From contig OX597843.1 in assembly GCA_951406725.2 (NCBI GenBank), forward strand, positions 10,416,001-10,480,000: a stretch of 64,000 nucleotides of DNA, given 5' to 3'. This document shows, piece after piece, positions 26,427 through 36,515 of the stretch. This DNA comes from Octopus vulgaris (Eukaryota). Within the stretch, counting starts at the first letter, position 1. Each line of letters starts with the position of its first letter. The notes below the pieces were generated by a model that did no database searches, was not told where the DNA came from, and was given only the letters and a program-made list of their open reading frames with translations. A program made the position numbers and the translations under genes.

Positions 26427-29400
26427 TGATATCAGGTCGCGCAATTTGGATGTTATTGTTGCTACAGAAACCCGGTTAAAGGGGCCAAGAGATCTACTCC
26501 CACTGTTTGACGGCTACGAGAGTTTTTTCTCTCCTGGCAGTCCTGCAGGCGGGAGTGGGGTGTTGGTCCTACTAAAAAGAAACCGGGTTTTTGAGAAAAA
26601 GTTAATTTTTTCAGACCCAGAAGGTAGGCTGGTCGTCATGGATTTGACGTTCAGTAACGGTAAAGTTATCAGACTGGTTGCAATTTACGCACCCTGCAGT
26701 AATAATGGGCAAAGTGATTATTATCGTGATCTAGAGAACTTTCTCGGTACTTCGCATTCAATAGTTGTGCTAGGAGACTTTAACACAATTTGCAAAGCGG
26801 ATGTAGATTGTGTTGGCTCGAATGATAGAAAAGGTAACACATGCTTCCTGGAACTGCTAAGCCGCTTTGAGCTAGCAGATCCTTATAGGTTGGAATTTCC
26901 GAACGCTCCATTGTGGACATGGTCAAACAGCGACGGATCTTCCAGGTCATACATAGATAGAATTCTAATTAGAAAGGTAGACAGTAAAATAGCTAAGCGT
27001 CCACAGTTTTACCCGATCAGCTACAGTGATCATAAAATGGTCACTTGTAAGCTTGACATAGATAAGGTTAGAAAGAGAGGATCCGGTTACTGGAAACTTA
27101 ATACGTCCCTTTTGGCGATTAAGGAGTACAGAGACCGGATTAGGACCATAATTCAGAGGGCGCTGTCTGGTGCCATCATTAATAACAAATGGTGGTACGC
27201 CCTCAAACGAGCCATCAAGTTTGAGTCTATTAGATATAGCATAGGAGTAGTGTCTAGAGAGGCTAGAAGGGAAACTACTCTAGTTAAGGAATTAGAGGAA
27301 GCCATGAAAACTGGCTCTGCGGCTCAGGTGGCGTCCAAGAGACTGGTGTTAAACCAGCACCTCGAGGCCAAACACATGGGCTGCATTGTCAGGGCTAGAA
27401 TCCGTCATATGGGATGTGAAGGAATCAACGCCGTGAGATGGGCCCGAGTGGTGGAAGCCCGGAATGGCAACGATGCCACGATTCGATCTTTGAAGAACCA
27501 ACAAGGTGAGTTGATAGACGAACCCGAGGAGATGTGTGAGGCCTTTCAGGAGCACTTCGCTCAGCTTTTCGGTGAGTGCGGCGGACTGGATAGGAGGAGG
27601 GCCTTTACGGACCTACTCGACGGGCTGCCGCGCTTATCGGGGCGAGATGCGGAGGGCTGTGAAGGGCCAATCACGCCTGAGGAGGTGGTGGAGGCAATGG
27701 CGGACTGCGGCGCGGGCAAGGCGCCGGGTTTGGATGGTCTACCCTACGAGTTATATAAGAATATGCCAGACTTGTTCGGGCACCTACTGGCGGAAGTCTA
27801 TGCGAACTGGCAGCAGAACGGGTTGATACCCAGATCTGTGCGCCGGGGAGTGGTGACTCTCGTCAGAAAGGACCCGAGCAAGGGGGAGTGCATTGATAAT
27901 TTCAGGCCCATCACTCTGCTAAACACAGAGTTGAAGATTTTGGCCAAAGTGTTATCGAAAAGATTGGCGCGTGTCGCGGATGGTCTGATCGGGGAGGCAC
28001 AGACATGTGCCGTTCCGGGCAGAACCATTCAGGATAATCTCCATCTAATGCGGTACACTATAGAGGGGTTTAATAGTGATTCTGGCAAGGGTGGGGCACT
28101 GGTCCATTTAGACCAATCCAAAGCTTTTGATAGGGTCGACCATCGTTACCTGGTGTCTGCTCTGGCACAGTTCGGGCTGGGCCTTGGCTTCCTCAGGTGG
28201 ATTATCCAAATTTACGACAACATCGACTCGGTAGTTCGGGTGAACGGCTTCTTGTCGAAGCCGTTCAAAATCAAACGCTCGGTTCGTCAAGGGTGTCCGC
28301 TCTCCCCGCTTTTGTACGTGATGGCTCTTGAGCCATTACTGCGAAAACTGAGCGGCATCCCGAGACAGCCAGGTAATGGAAAATCAGTGTCAGCGTACGC
28401 GGACGACATCACCATCATCGTGACCGAAATGGACCACCTATGTAAAGTAGGCAAGGCCATAGAGGATTACGAGACGGTGACAGGAGCAAAAGTTAATCGC
28501 GAAAAGTCAGTCGGCTTGCAACTCGGCACCTGGAGAGGCAAGTCGATGCCTCCTGACAGCGTCGTGGGACGTTGGACGGAGGGTCCGATTAAACTGCTAG
28601 GGGTCTGGTTCGGTCCAGACCTCCAAATAGAGAAGAATTGGGGCGAGGTAACGAGCAAGGTGGCTGCAGTAGCCAAGACCTGGTCTAGGCGGTGGCTATC
28701 CTTGAAAGGGAGGGCGGAGGTGGCCAATGTGTTTATCGCATCGGTTATCATCTACCGCCTTTCCGTCGTTCCATGCCCTGATTCGTGGTTGACCAAGTTG
28801 GAAAGACAGCTCTTCTACTTCCTGTGGAAGGGCAGGAAACCACTTGTGAAACGCTCTACTTGCTGTCAACAACCGTTAAAGGGTGGGCTAGGGATGCCTT
28901 GGCTGATGATGCGCAGACATGCGCTGAGGTTAAGACATCTGTGGCTCTACCTGGATGGTGAACGGGTGTGGTCTCCGTTAGCAAAACTGATGTTTCCCAA
29001 GTTCACTAGTTTCGGTGGATGGGAAACCTGGTTGAATCGTAGATCGAAACTCGGTACATGGTATACGGAGTGTCGAAAGGCCCTCCTGCTATTCCGTCGC
29101 TCGGGCAACGCCTGCGGTGGGGGTTCCACCACATTCTTCTATAGAGGGTTGGTAGAGGCGGAATGTGAAGACACCTTGGGGGAAACCCTGGGTCTCGACG
29201 ATAATCAGCTGGCTAGTCTGTTCCGACGTACGTTCGGGCCGAAGACTCTGGACAACTTCCAGAAGTCTCTGGCATGGCAATGCTACAGAGGAGCTCTACC
29301 TGTTCGGGATAAACTCGCAAGGCACGGTGGCCAAGACAGTCCGATGTGTCCAAGATGCGGGCGGGATAGGGAAACCGTCCCGCACGCTATTGTTCATTGT

Positions 29401-29748
29401 TCGGACGTGTCTGAGGTGTGGGTTTATGCCGAACAGCTGTTGTCAAGCACACGAAGAGTACAGCTGTCGACTGAGTGTATTAAAAAAATTGACCCACCAG
29501 ATTTCCTCGCGAAAGAAGGTAAGACTTGTTTTCTCGTTGTGGTAGCAATTGCGAAGGAGGTGATATGGAAGACGAGAATGAAAGGTATACGGTCAGGCAA
29601 GTTCATATCCGGCCCTGGGTTGATGAATTACTTCATCTACCACCTGAAAAGGAAGATAGGGCTGGAGAGAAAATGCCTGACTAAAAGAGTGTATGAAGAA
29701 CGATGGAAGGATGTAGCACGGAAGTTGAGAATGGATGACACCATATAA
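26353..29748 (+). CDS. ORF2 APE-RT-CCHC, intact
   Basis: Uninterrupted ORF with the same motifs as copy 2. Confidence 0.97.
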   Translation: MNYICVGCLNVRGLGSSGKQGRFLNDIRSRNLDVIVATETRLKGPRDLLPLFDGYESFFSPGSPAGGSGVLVLLKRNRVFEKKLIFSDPEGRLVVMDLTFSNGKVIRLVAIYAPCSNNGQSDYYRDLENFLGTSHSIVVLGDFNTICKADVDCVGSNDRKGNTCFLELLSRFELADPYRLEFPNAPLWTWSNSDGSSRSYIDRILIRKVDSKIAKRPQFYPISYSDHKMVTCKLDIDKVRKRGSGYWKLNTSLLAIKEYRDRIRTIIQRALSGAIINNKWWYALKRAIKFESIRYSIGVVSREARRETTLVKELEEAMKTGSAAQVASKRLVLNQHLEAKHMGCIVRARIRHMGCEGINAVRWARVVEARNGNDATIRSLKNQQGELIDEPEEMCEAFQEHFAQLFGECGGLDRRRAFTDLLDGLPRLSGRDAEGCEGPITPEEVVEAMADCGAGKAPGLDGLPYELYKNMPDLFGHLLAEVYANWQQNGLIPRSVRRGVVTLVRKDPSKGECIDNFRPITLLNTELKILAKVLSKRLARVADGLIGEAQTCAVPGRTIQDNLHLMRYTIEGFNSDSGKGGALVHLDQSKAFDRVDHRYLVSALAQFGLGLGFLRWIIQIYDNIDSVVRVNGFLSKPFKIKRSVRQGCPLSPLLYVMALEPLLRKLSGIPRQPGNGKSVSAYADDITIIVTEMDHLCKVGKAIEDYETVTGAKVNREKSVGLQLGTWRGKSMPPDSVVGRWTEGPIKLLGVWFGPDLQIEKNWGEVTSKVAAVAKTWSRRWLSLKGRAEVANVFIASVIIYRLSVVPCPDSWLTKLERQLFYFLWKGRKPLVKRSTCCQQPLKGGLGMPWLMMRRHALRLRHLWLYLDGERVWSPLAKLMFPKFTSFGGWETWLNRRSKLGTWYTECRKALLLFRRSGNACGGGSTTFFYRGLVEAECEDTLGETLGLDDNQLASLFRRTFGPKTLDNFQKSLAWQCYRGALPVRDKLARHGGQDSPMCPRCGRDRETVPHAIVHCSDVSEVWVYAEQLLSSTRRVQLSTECIKKIDPPDFLAKEGKTCFLVVVAIAKEVIWKTRMKGIRSGKFISGPGLMNYFIYHLKRKIGLERKCLTKRVYEERWKDVARKLRMDDTI

Positions 29749-30290
29749 ATGTAGATCAAAACGAAACCAAAAGTATCAGTGGTGAGGCGGGGCTCGTGGG
29801 GTCCGAGCTGAACCCGCCCCCACTCCACCTGTAGTGTCTTCCGGTCTGTTTTTTCTCATTCGATTTTTATAATTTTTGCAATTTTTGTAAATTTTTGAAA
29901 TTTTTAAACTCATACTTTTGTAACCTCATACGTGAATCTGACCCCACATCAGGTTGTATTGTCCCCTCTTTGTTGGCCCCTTGTGGGTAATAATAAAAGA
30001 GAACACCGATAGGACGTTACTTTGACTTATTCATTGATTCTCAAAAACGAAACGTGAGTTTTTTGTCTGAAATAGTGTTGTTAAATTGAAAGTTAATAGT
30101 TTATTGTTGCTGTGTTAATATTGTTATTTTGTGTCTTTTCAATAAGACGGTTAGTGGCCTTCGCGCGAAGGTTGTGTACGTAGTTCCCCCCCGTGGGGGA
30201 ATTATTGTGTGCCTTCGTGTACGAAACACATTCAAAAACAAAAAAAAAAAAAAAAAAAAAATATTTTCTACTAACGGCTGCAAAGCCAGA

Positions 30291-31702
30291 ATGTCTTTGG
30301 AAGGCAGTGAATGCAAACTGGAAGGAAAATTCGAAATGGATTTCCCCATTACCTATTCACCCATCTCAGGTGATGAAGAATCTCAAACCTCGGGTGAGAG
30401 AAGCACGCCGGCGGTGACACCGGAAAAAGAATCGGCGGTAACGCCAGGACAAAAGGCCCCAACAAAGAAGTTTGCGGAAGTTGTTGGACGCAAACAAAAA
30501 AATATAGATATAGAAAACCTAGAGAAATATGAAGACCTTCTAAAGAAAGAAGGAAATGAAATTGCAGTGAAAAAAGATATGGAAAAAAAGGAAGAGATAG
30601 AAAATAAAAGAATTATATACAAGACATACAGCATGACTACAAAAAGCATACAAAAAGTGGAAGAATGCAAAATAGAGGAGTGCCTGAAGACAATCAGAAA
30701 AGATATCACTTATATAAACAGAGGAAGGCGGTTCGGAACAGTAGAAGTGAGGTTCAGAACCGAAGAAATAGCTAAGAAGCTATCCACAGAACCTCAGAAA
30801 GCGGGAAATCTAGTCCTTCTACCCTTGTACAAAGGAAGAAGGACTTCAAAGATAGTAATGAGAAATATTCCCCCAGAGGCAGACGCCTCATGCCTGGTGG
30901 CGGCAGTGATGCTGGGCCTGAAAGAAAAATCAACATCCTCCAAGCTACAGTGGAGGAGGAGGGATTTTGGCAGGGCCAGATCATAACAATGGCTATACAA
31001 GCAGAGGCCCAGACTCTGGAAGAAATACCAGAGGTGCTGAGGCTAGATGAGGAGGAGCGAGTTCTAGTATTTGTAGAAGGAAGAAAACCGAGGTGCTTCG
31101 GCTGCGGAAAGAAGGGGCACGTGAGAGCGGAGTGTCAACCAAAACCGCAGGTAGAAGAACCGTCGGAGAAAGAAGAAACGGAGGAAAAAAAGGAAACCAA
31201 AGAGGTGGAAAAAGCTGCAGAAAAGGAAAAAGAAAACGAAAAAGAGGAGGGGTGGTCTAAAGTTACCAAAAAAAAACGGAAAACTGAAACCACCCCTCAA
31301 GAAGAAGAAAACCTAAAGAAAAGGAAAGAGGTTACTTCTTCATTTATGGCCATTAAGGCTACTAACAACAGACTTGTCAATGTGTTGGCAGCCATGGCCA
31401 AGGTGGAACGTATAAGGAAGATGAAAGACTTCATCATATATAAAATAGGCCGGAAGGACTACAGGAGGATAAAATCCGAGTTCTTCCACGACGTGGGCCC
31501 TCTGAGACTGGACATGTCTCCATATCTATACGAGGGCCTACGTCGGACTCCCCCACGAGCCAAAGAAAAAAAAATGAAGAAGAAGGCGAAACCGCCGAAA
31601 AAGCCAAACTACCGATATAAGGTAAGTGATGAACTACATTTGTGTTGGTTGTTTAAATGTGCGCGGCCTGGGATCAAGCGGGAAGCAAGGTCGCTTCCTT
31701 AA
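30291..31702 (+). CDS. ORF1 copy 4 (one -1 A frameshift near 30929)
   Basis: Homologous to copy 1 ORF1. Confidence 0.8.
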
Positions 31703-34700
31703 TGATATCAGGTCGCGCAATTTGGATGTTATTGTTGCTACAGAAACCCGGTTAAAGGGGCCAAGAGATCTACTCCCACTGTTTGACGGCTACGAGAGTT
31801 TTTTCTCTCCTGGCAGTCCTGCAGGCGGGAGTGGGGTGTTGGTCCTACTAAAAAGAAACCGGGTTTTTGAGAAAAAGTTAATTTTTTCAGACCCAGAAGG
31901 TAGGCTGGTCGTCATGGATTTGACGTTCAGTAACGGTAAAGTTATCAGACTGGTTGCAATTTACGCACCCTGCAGTAATAATGGGCAAAGTGATTATTAT
32001 CGTGATCTAGAGAACTTTCTCGGTACTTCGCATTCAATAGTTGTGCTAGGAGACTTTAACACAATTTGCAAAGCGGATGTAGATTGTGTTGGCTCGAATG
32101 ATAGAAAAGGTAACACATGCTTCCTGGAACTGCTAAGCCGCTTTGAGCTAGCAGATCCTTATAGGTTGGAATTTCCGAACGCTCCATTGTGGACATGGTC
32201 AAACAGCGACGGATCTTCCAGGTCATACATAGATAGAATTCTAATTAGAAAGGTAGACAGTAAAATAGCTAAGCGTCCACAGTTTTACCCGATCAGCTAC
32301 AGTGATCATAAAATGGTCACTTGTAAGCTTGACATAGATAAGGTTAGAAAGAGAGGATCCGGTTACTGGAAACTTAATACGTCCCTTTTGGCGATTAAGG
32401 AGTACAGAGACCGGATTAGGACCATAATTCAGAGGGCGCTGTCTGGTGCCATCATTAATAACAAATGGTGGTACGCCCTCAAACGAGCCATCAAGTTTGA
32501 GTCTATTAGATATAGCATAGGAGTAGTGTCTAGAGAGGCTAGAAGGGAAACTACTCTAGTTAAGGAATTAGAGGAAGCCATGAAAACTGGCTCTGCGGCT
32601 CAGGTGGCGTCCAAGAGACTGGTGTTAAACCAGCACCTCGAGGCCAAACACATGGGTTGCATTGTCAGGGCTAGAATCCGTCATATGGGATGTGAAGGAA
32701 TCAACGCCGTGAGATGGGCCCGAGTGGTGGAAGCCCGGAATGGCAACGATGCCACGATTCGATCTTTGAAGAACCAACAAGGTGAGTTGATAGACGAACC
32801 CGAGGAGATGTGTGAGGCCTTTCAGGAGCACTTCGCTCAGCTTTTCGGTGAGTGCGGCGGGCTGGATAGGAGGAGGGCCTTTACGGACCTACTCGACGGG
32901 CTGCCGCGCTTATCGGGGCGAGATGCGGAGGGCTGTGAAGGGCCAATCACGCCTGAGGAGGTGGTGGAGGCAATGGCGGACTGCGGCGCGGGCAAGGCGC
33001 CGGGTTTGGATGGTCTACCCTACGAGTTATATAAGAATATGCCAGACTTGTTCGGGCACCTACTGGCGGAAGTCTATGCGAACTGGCAGCAGAACGGGTT
33101 GATACCCAGATCTGTGCGCCGGGGAGTGGTGACTCTCGTCAGAAAGGACCCGAGCAAGGGGGAGTGCATTGATAATTTCAGGCCCATCACTCTGCTAAAC
33201 ACAGAGTTGAAGATTTTGGCCAAAGTGTTATCGAAAAGATTGGCGCGTGTCGCGGATGGTCTGATCGGGGAGGCACAGACATGTGCCGTTCCGGGCAGAA
33301 CCATTCAGGATAATCTCCATCTAATGCGGTACACTATAGAGGGGTTTAATAGTGATTCTGGCAAGGGTGGGGCACTGGTCCATTTAGACCAATCCAAAGC
33401 TTTTGATAGGGTCGACCATCGTTACCTGGTGTCTGCTCTGGCACAGTTCGGGCTGGGCCTTGGCTTCCTCAGGTGGATTATCCAAATTTACGACAACATC
33501 GACTCGGTAGTTCGGGTGAACGGCTTCTTGTCGAAGCCGTTCAAAATCAAACGCTCGGTTCGTCAAGGGTGTCCGCTCTCCCCGCTTTTGTACGTGATGG
33601 CTCTTGAGCCATTACTGCGAAAACTGAGCGGCATCCCGAGACAGCCAGGTAATGGAAAATCAGTGTCAGCGTACGCGGACGACATCACCATCATCGTGAC
33701 CGAAATGGACCACCTATGTAAAGTAGGCAAGGCCATAGAGGATTACGAGACGGTGACAGGAGCAAAAGTTAATCGCGAAAAGTCAGTCGGCTTGCAACTC
33801 GGCACCTGGAGAGGCAAGTCGATGCCTCCTGACAGCGTCGTGGGACGTTGGACGGAGGGTCCGATTAAACTGCTAGGGGTCTGGTTCGGTCCAGACCTCC
33901 AAATAGAGAAGAATTGGGGCGAGGTAACGAGCAAGGTGGCTGCAGTAGCCAAGACCTGGTCTAGGCGGTGGCTATCCTTGAAAGGGAGGGCGGAGGTGGC
34001 CAATGTGTTTATCGCATCGGTTATCATCTACCGCCTTTCCGTCGTTCCATGCCCTGATTCGTGGTTGACCAAGTTGGAAAGACAGCTCTTCTACTTCCTG
34101 TGGAAGGGCAGGAAACCACTTGTGAAACGCTCTACTTGCTGTCAACAACCGTTAAAGGGTGGGCTAGGGATGCCTTGGCTGATGATGCGCAGACATGCGC
34201 TGAGGTTAAGACATCTGTGGCTCTACCTGGATGGTGAACGGGTGTGGTCTCCGTTAGCAAAACTGATGTTTCCCAAGTTCACTAGTTTCGGTGGATGGGA
34301 AACCTGGTTGAATCGTAGATCGAAACTCGGTACATGGTATACGGAGTGTCGAAAGGCCCTCCTGCTATTCCGTCGCTCGGGCAACGCCTGCGGTGGGGGT
34401 TCCACCACATTCTTCTATAGAGGGTTGGTAGAGGCGGAATGTGAAGACACCTTGGGGGAAACCCTGGGTCTCGACGATAATCAGCTGGCTAGTCTGTTCC
34501 GACGTACGTTCGGGCCGAAGACTCTGGACAACTTCCAGAAGTCTCTGGCATGGCAATGCTACAGAGGAGCTCTACCTGTTCGGGATAAACTCGCAAGGCA
34601 CGGTGGCCAAGACAGTCCGATGTGTCCAAGATGCGGGCGGGATAGGGAAACCGTCCCGCACGCTATTGTTCATTGTTCGGACGTGTCTGAGGTGTGGGTT

Positions 34701-35024
34701 TATGCCGAACAGCTGTTGTCAAGCACACGAAGAGTACAGCTGTCGACTGAGTGTATTAAAAAAATTGACCCACCAGATTTCCTCGCGAAAGAAGGTAAGA
34801 CTTGTTTTCTCGTTGTGGTAGCAATTGCGAAGGAGGTGATATGGAAGACGAGAATGAAAGGTATACGGTCAGGCAAGTTCATATCCGGCCCTGGGTTGAT
34901 GAACTACTTCATCTACCACCTGAAAAGGAAGATAGGGCTGGAGAGAAAATGCCTGACTAAAAGAGTGTATGAAGAACGATGGAAGGATGTAGCACGGAAG
35001 TTGAGAATGGATGACACCATATAA
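31629..35024 (+). CDS. ORF2 APE-RT-CCHC, intact
   Basis: Uninterrupted ORF with all catalytic motifs. Confidence 0.97.
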   Translation: MNYICVGCLNVRGLGSSGKQGRFLNDIRSRNLDVIVATETRLKGPRDLLPLFDGYESFFSPGSPAGGSGVLVLLKRNRVFEKKLIFSDPEGRLVVMDLTFSNGKVIRLVAIYAPCSNNGQSDYYRDLENFLGTSHSIVVLGDFNTICKADVDCVGSNDRKGNTCFLELLSRFELADPYRLEFPNAPLWTWSNSDGSSRSYIDRILIRKVDSKIAKRPQFYPISYSDHKMVTCKLDIDKVRKRGSGYWKLNTSLLAIKEYRDRIRTIIQRALSGAIINNKWWYALKRAIKFESIRYSIGVVSREARRETTLVKELEEAMKTGSAAQVASKRLVLNQHLEAKHMGCIVRARIRHMGCEGINAVRWARVVEARNGNDATIRSLKNQQGELIDEPEEMCEAFQEHFAQLFGECGGLDRRRAFTDLLDGLPRLSGRDAEGCEGPITPEEVVEAMADCGAGKAPGLDGLPYELYKNMPDLFGHLLAEVYANWQQNGLIPRSVRRGVVTLVRKDPSKGECIDNFRPITLLNTELKILAKVLSKRLARVADGLIGEAQTCAVPGRTIQDNLHLMRYTIEGFNSDSGKGGALVHLDQSKAFDRVDHRYLVSALAQFGLGLGFLRWIIQIYDNIDSVVRVNGFLSKPFKIKRSVRQGCPLSPLLYVMALEPLLRKLSGIPRQPGNGKSVSAYADDITIIVTEMDHLCKVGKAIEDYETVTGAKVNREKSVGLQLGTWRGKSMPPDSVVGRWTEGPIKLLGVWFGPDLQIEKNWGEVTSKVAAVAKTWSRRWLSLKGRAEVANVFIASVIIYRLSVVPCPDSWLTKLERQLFYFLWKGRKPLVKRSTCCQQPLKGGLGMPWLMMRRHALRLRHLWLYLDGERVWSPLAKLMFPKFTSFGGWETWLNRRSKLGTWYTECRKALLLFRRSGNACGGGSTTFFYRGLVEAECEDTLGETLGLDDNQLASLFRRTFGPKTLDNFQKSLAWQCYRGALPVRDKLARHGGQDSPMCPRCGRDRETVPHAIVHCSDVSEVWVYAEQLLSSTRRVQLSTECIKKIDPPDFLAKEGKTCFLVVVAIAKEVIWKTRMKGIRSGKFISGPGLMNYFIYHLKRKIGLERKCLTKRVYEERWKDVARKLRMDDTI

Positions 35025-35468
35025 ATGTAGATCAAAACGAAACCAAAAGTATCAGTGGTGAGGCGGGGCTCGTGGGGTCCGAGCTGAACCCGCCCCCACT
35101 CCACCTGTAGTGTCTTCCGGTCTGTTTTTTCTCATTCGATTTTTATAATTTTTGCAATTTTTGTAAATTTTTGAAATTTTTAAACTCATACTTTTGTAAC
35201 CTCATACGTGAATCTGACCCCACATCAGGTTGTATTGTCCCCTCTTTGTTGGCCCCTTGTGGGTAATAATAAAAGAAAATCACCATATAGTGCCTTACTG
35301 CTTTCTGCTGGATTTTACCTCGAGATAGGAACCCTGAGGAAGGAGGGCTGAATTTCGAATACTTCGTACAACAAACGGCTGCAGGTTAGGAAAAAAAATT
35401 TAATCGCCTCTTTCAATTTAGGTTTTTATTTTTCATGCTTATATTCGTATTTCATTGTTATGTTTATA

Positions 35469-36041
35469 TTGGGTTGTCCGGAAAGTTCGTTCCGATTTTT
35501 AAAGGAAAGTACATGGTCACTAAATACTTGCCATTACATTTTTAATGAACCAAATCTAAACCATTTCGTTGCACAATACGTCTCCATCTTACATTTACCT
35601 TAAAATACCCTCTTCCCAGAATTGGGGTGGTTTCAAGGCAAATAATTCATCAAGGTATCTTTTTACGTCATCTAAGGAATTGAAATTTTCACCATTAAGA
35701 CTATTCTGCAGAGACCTGAATAAGTGGAAATCCGAAGGAGTAATATCTGGTGAATATGGAGGGTGGGGTAAGTCACCCCAGCCAAAGCTGCAGCAATTTT
35801 TGTCTGGTTCCCAAAGCATCAAATGCCGATAATGAATTTTTCTCATCTTTTAATTTAAAGGGTTACAGAATTAACACAGGTTATTGGAACATAAACCTTC
35901 TTCCACGAAAAGATAGATTAAACTGTGCTCCAAATGGAGGTGTAGTCAAATCCTATTTTATGGACTCAAACATGTTCTAAAATAAGTCGAAAGATAAGCT
36001 ACTATAAATCTGCAAGAACTTTCCCTTGATGACAAACCCAA
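35469..36041 (-). mobile_element. Internally deleted mariner element
   Basis: Imperfect TIRs (TTGGGTTGTC..GGAAAGTTC) flanked by TA; residual transposase HPPYSPDITPSDFHLFRSLQN. Confidence 0.85.
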
Positions 36042-36515
36042 TATTTCTATATTTTTATCATGAAATTCTTAATATAAATATGTGGATATTCGTATGGAAT
36101 AATACCTCATGTGCTACATCTGAATTTTCTTGTCTGAATGTTTTAAGACAAATATCCGAAATTTTTATCGTATACCACATTTTATTAATACTTAGCTCAT
36201 ATACGGAGACAAAAATGTTGTACTATATACTGCAGGTTATCTCCATTAAAATTATATTTAGCATTAGAATTCTTCAAGTAGTATAAAAATGGTTATTGTC
36301 TGCATCATTCGAAAGCGAAATAAATTTTGCATAAGGTGTAAAAGATAAAAATAATTTGTATGGTGTTAGTAACAAAATATTTTGTAAGAAATAGAACTTT
36401 TATCGTCTGTCTTAAATATATTTTCGCCAGTGTATATATCTCAGGTCATCCCATAAGTTCTGTCTGAATTTTGGATAAAGAATACAAGTGATCAAATGTT
36501 ATATTTAATTGAAAG

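Larger units (their letters stand above)
24725..30000 (+). mobile_element. Tx1-like element copy 3
   Basis: Complete unit. Confidence 0.95.
12838..35276 (+). repeat. Head-to-tail tandem array of a Tx1/L1-group non-LTR retrotransposon (1 truncated + 4 full units of 5276-5277 bp)
   Basis: Unit junction TAATAAAAGA|GAAC at 14170/14171, 19447/19448, 24724/24725 and 30000/30001; last unit ends about 35276. Confidence 0.97.
30001..35276 (+). mobile_element. Tx1-like element copy 4 (variant 5' UTR and ORF1 start)
   Basis: Complete unit; begins GAACACCGATAGG rather than GAACCCGACAGG and has other private changes. Confidence 0.95.

Noticed and set aside
12838-35276. Array as a pure assembly artefact
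   Set aside because: Copies carry distinct, mostly synonymous substitutions and a variant 5' end, which duplicated reads would not be expected to produce; read-level confirmation is still needed
12838-35276. LTR retrotransposon or telomeric retrotransposon array
   Set aside because: No LTRs, protease or integrase; ORF2 is APE-RT; the array is flanked on both sides by ordinary interspersed repeats
35330-35370. CTGAGGA...CGAA hammerhead-like motif just after the array
   Set aside because: GAAA core and stems I/III are not recoverable
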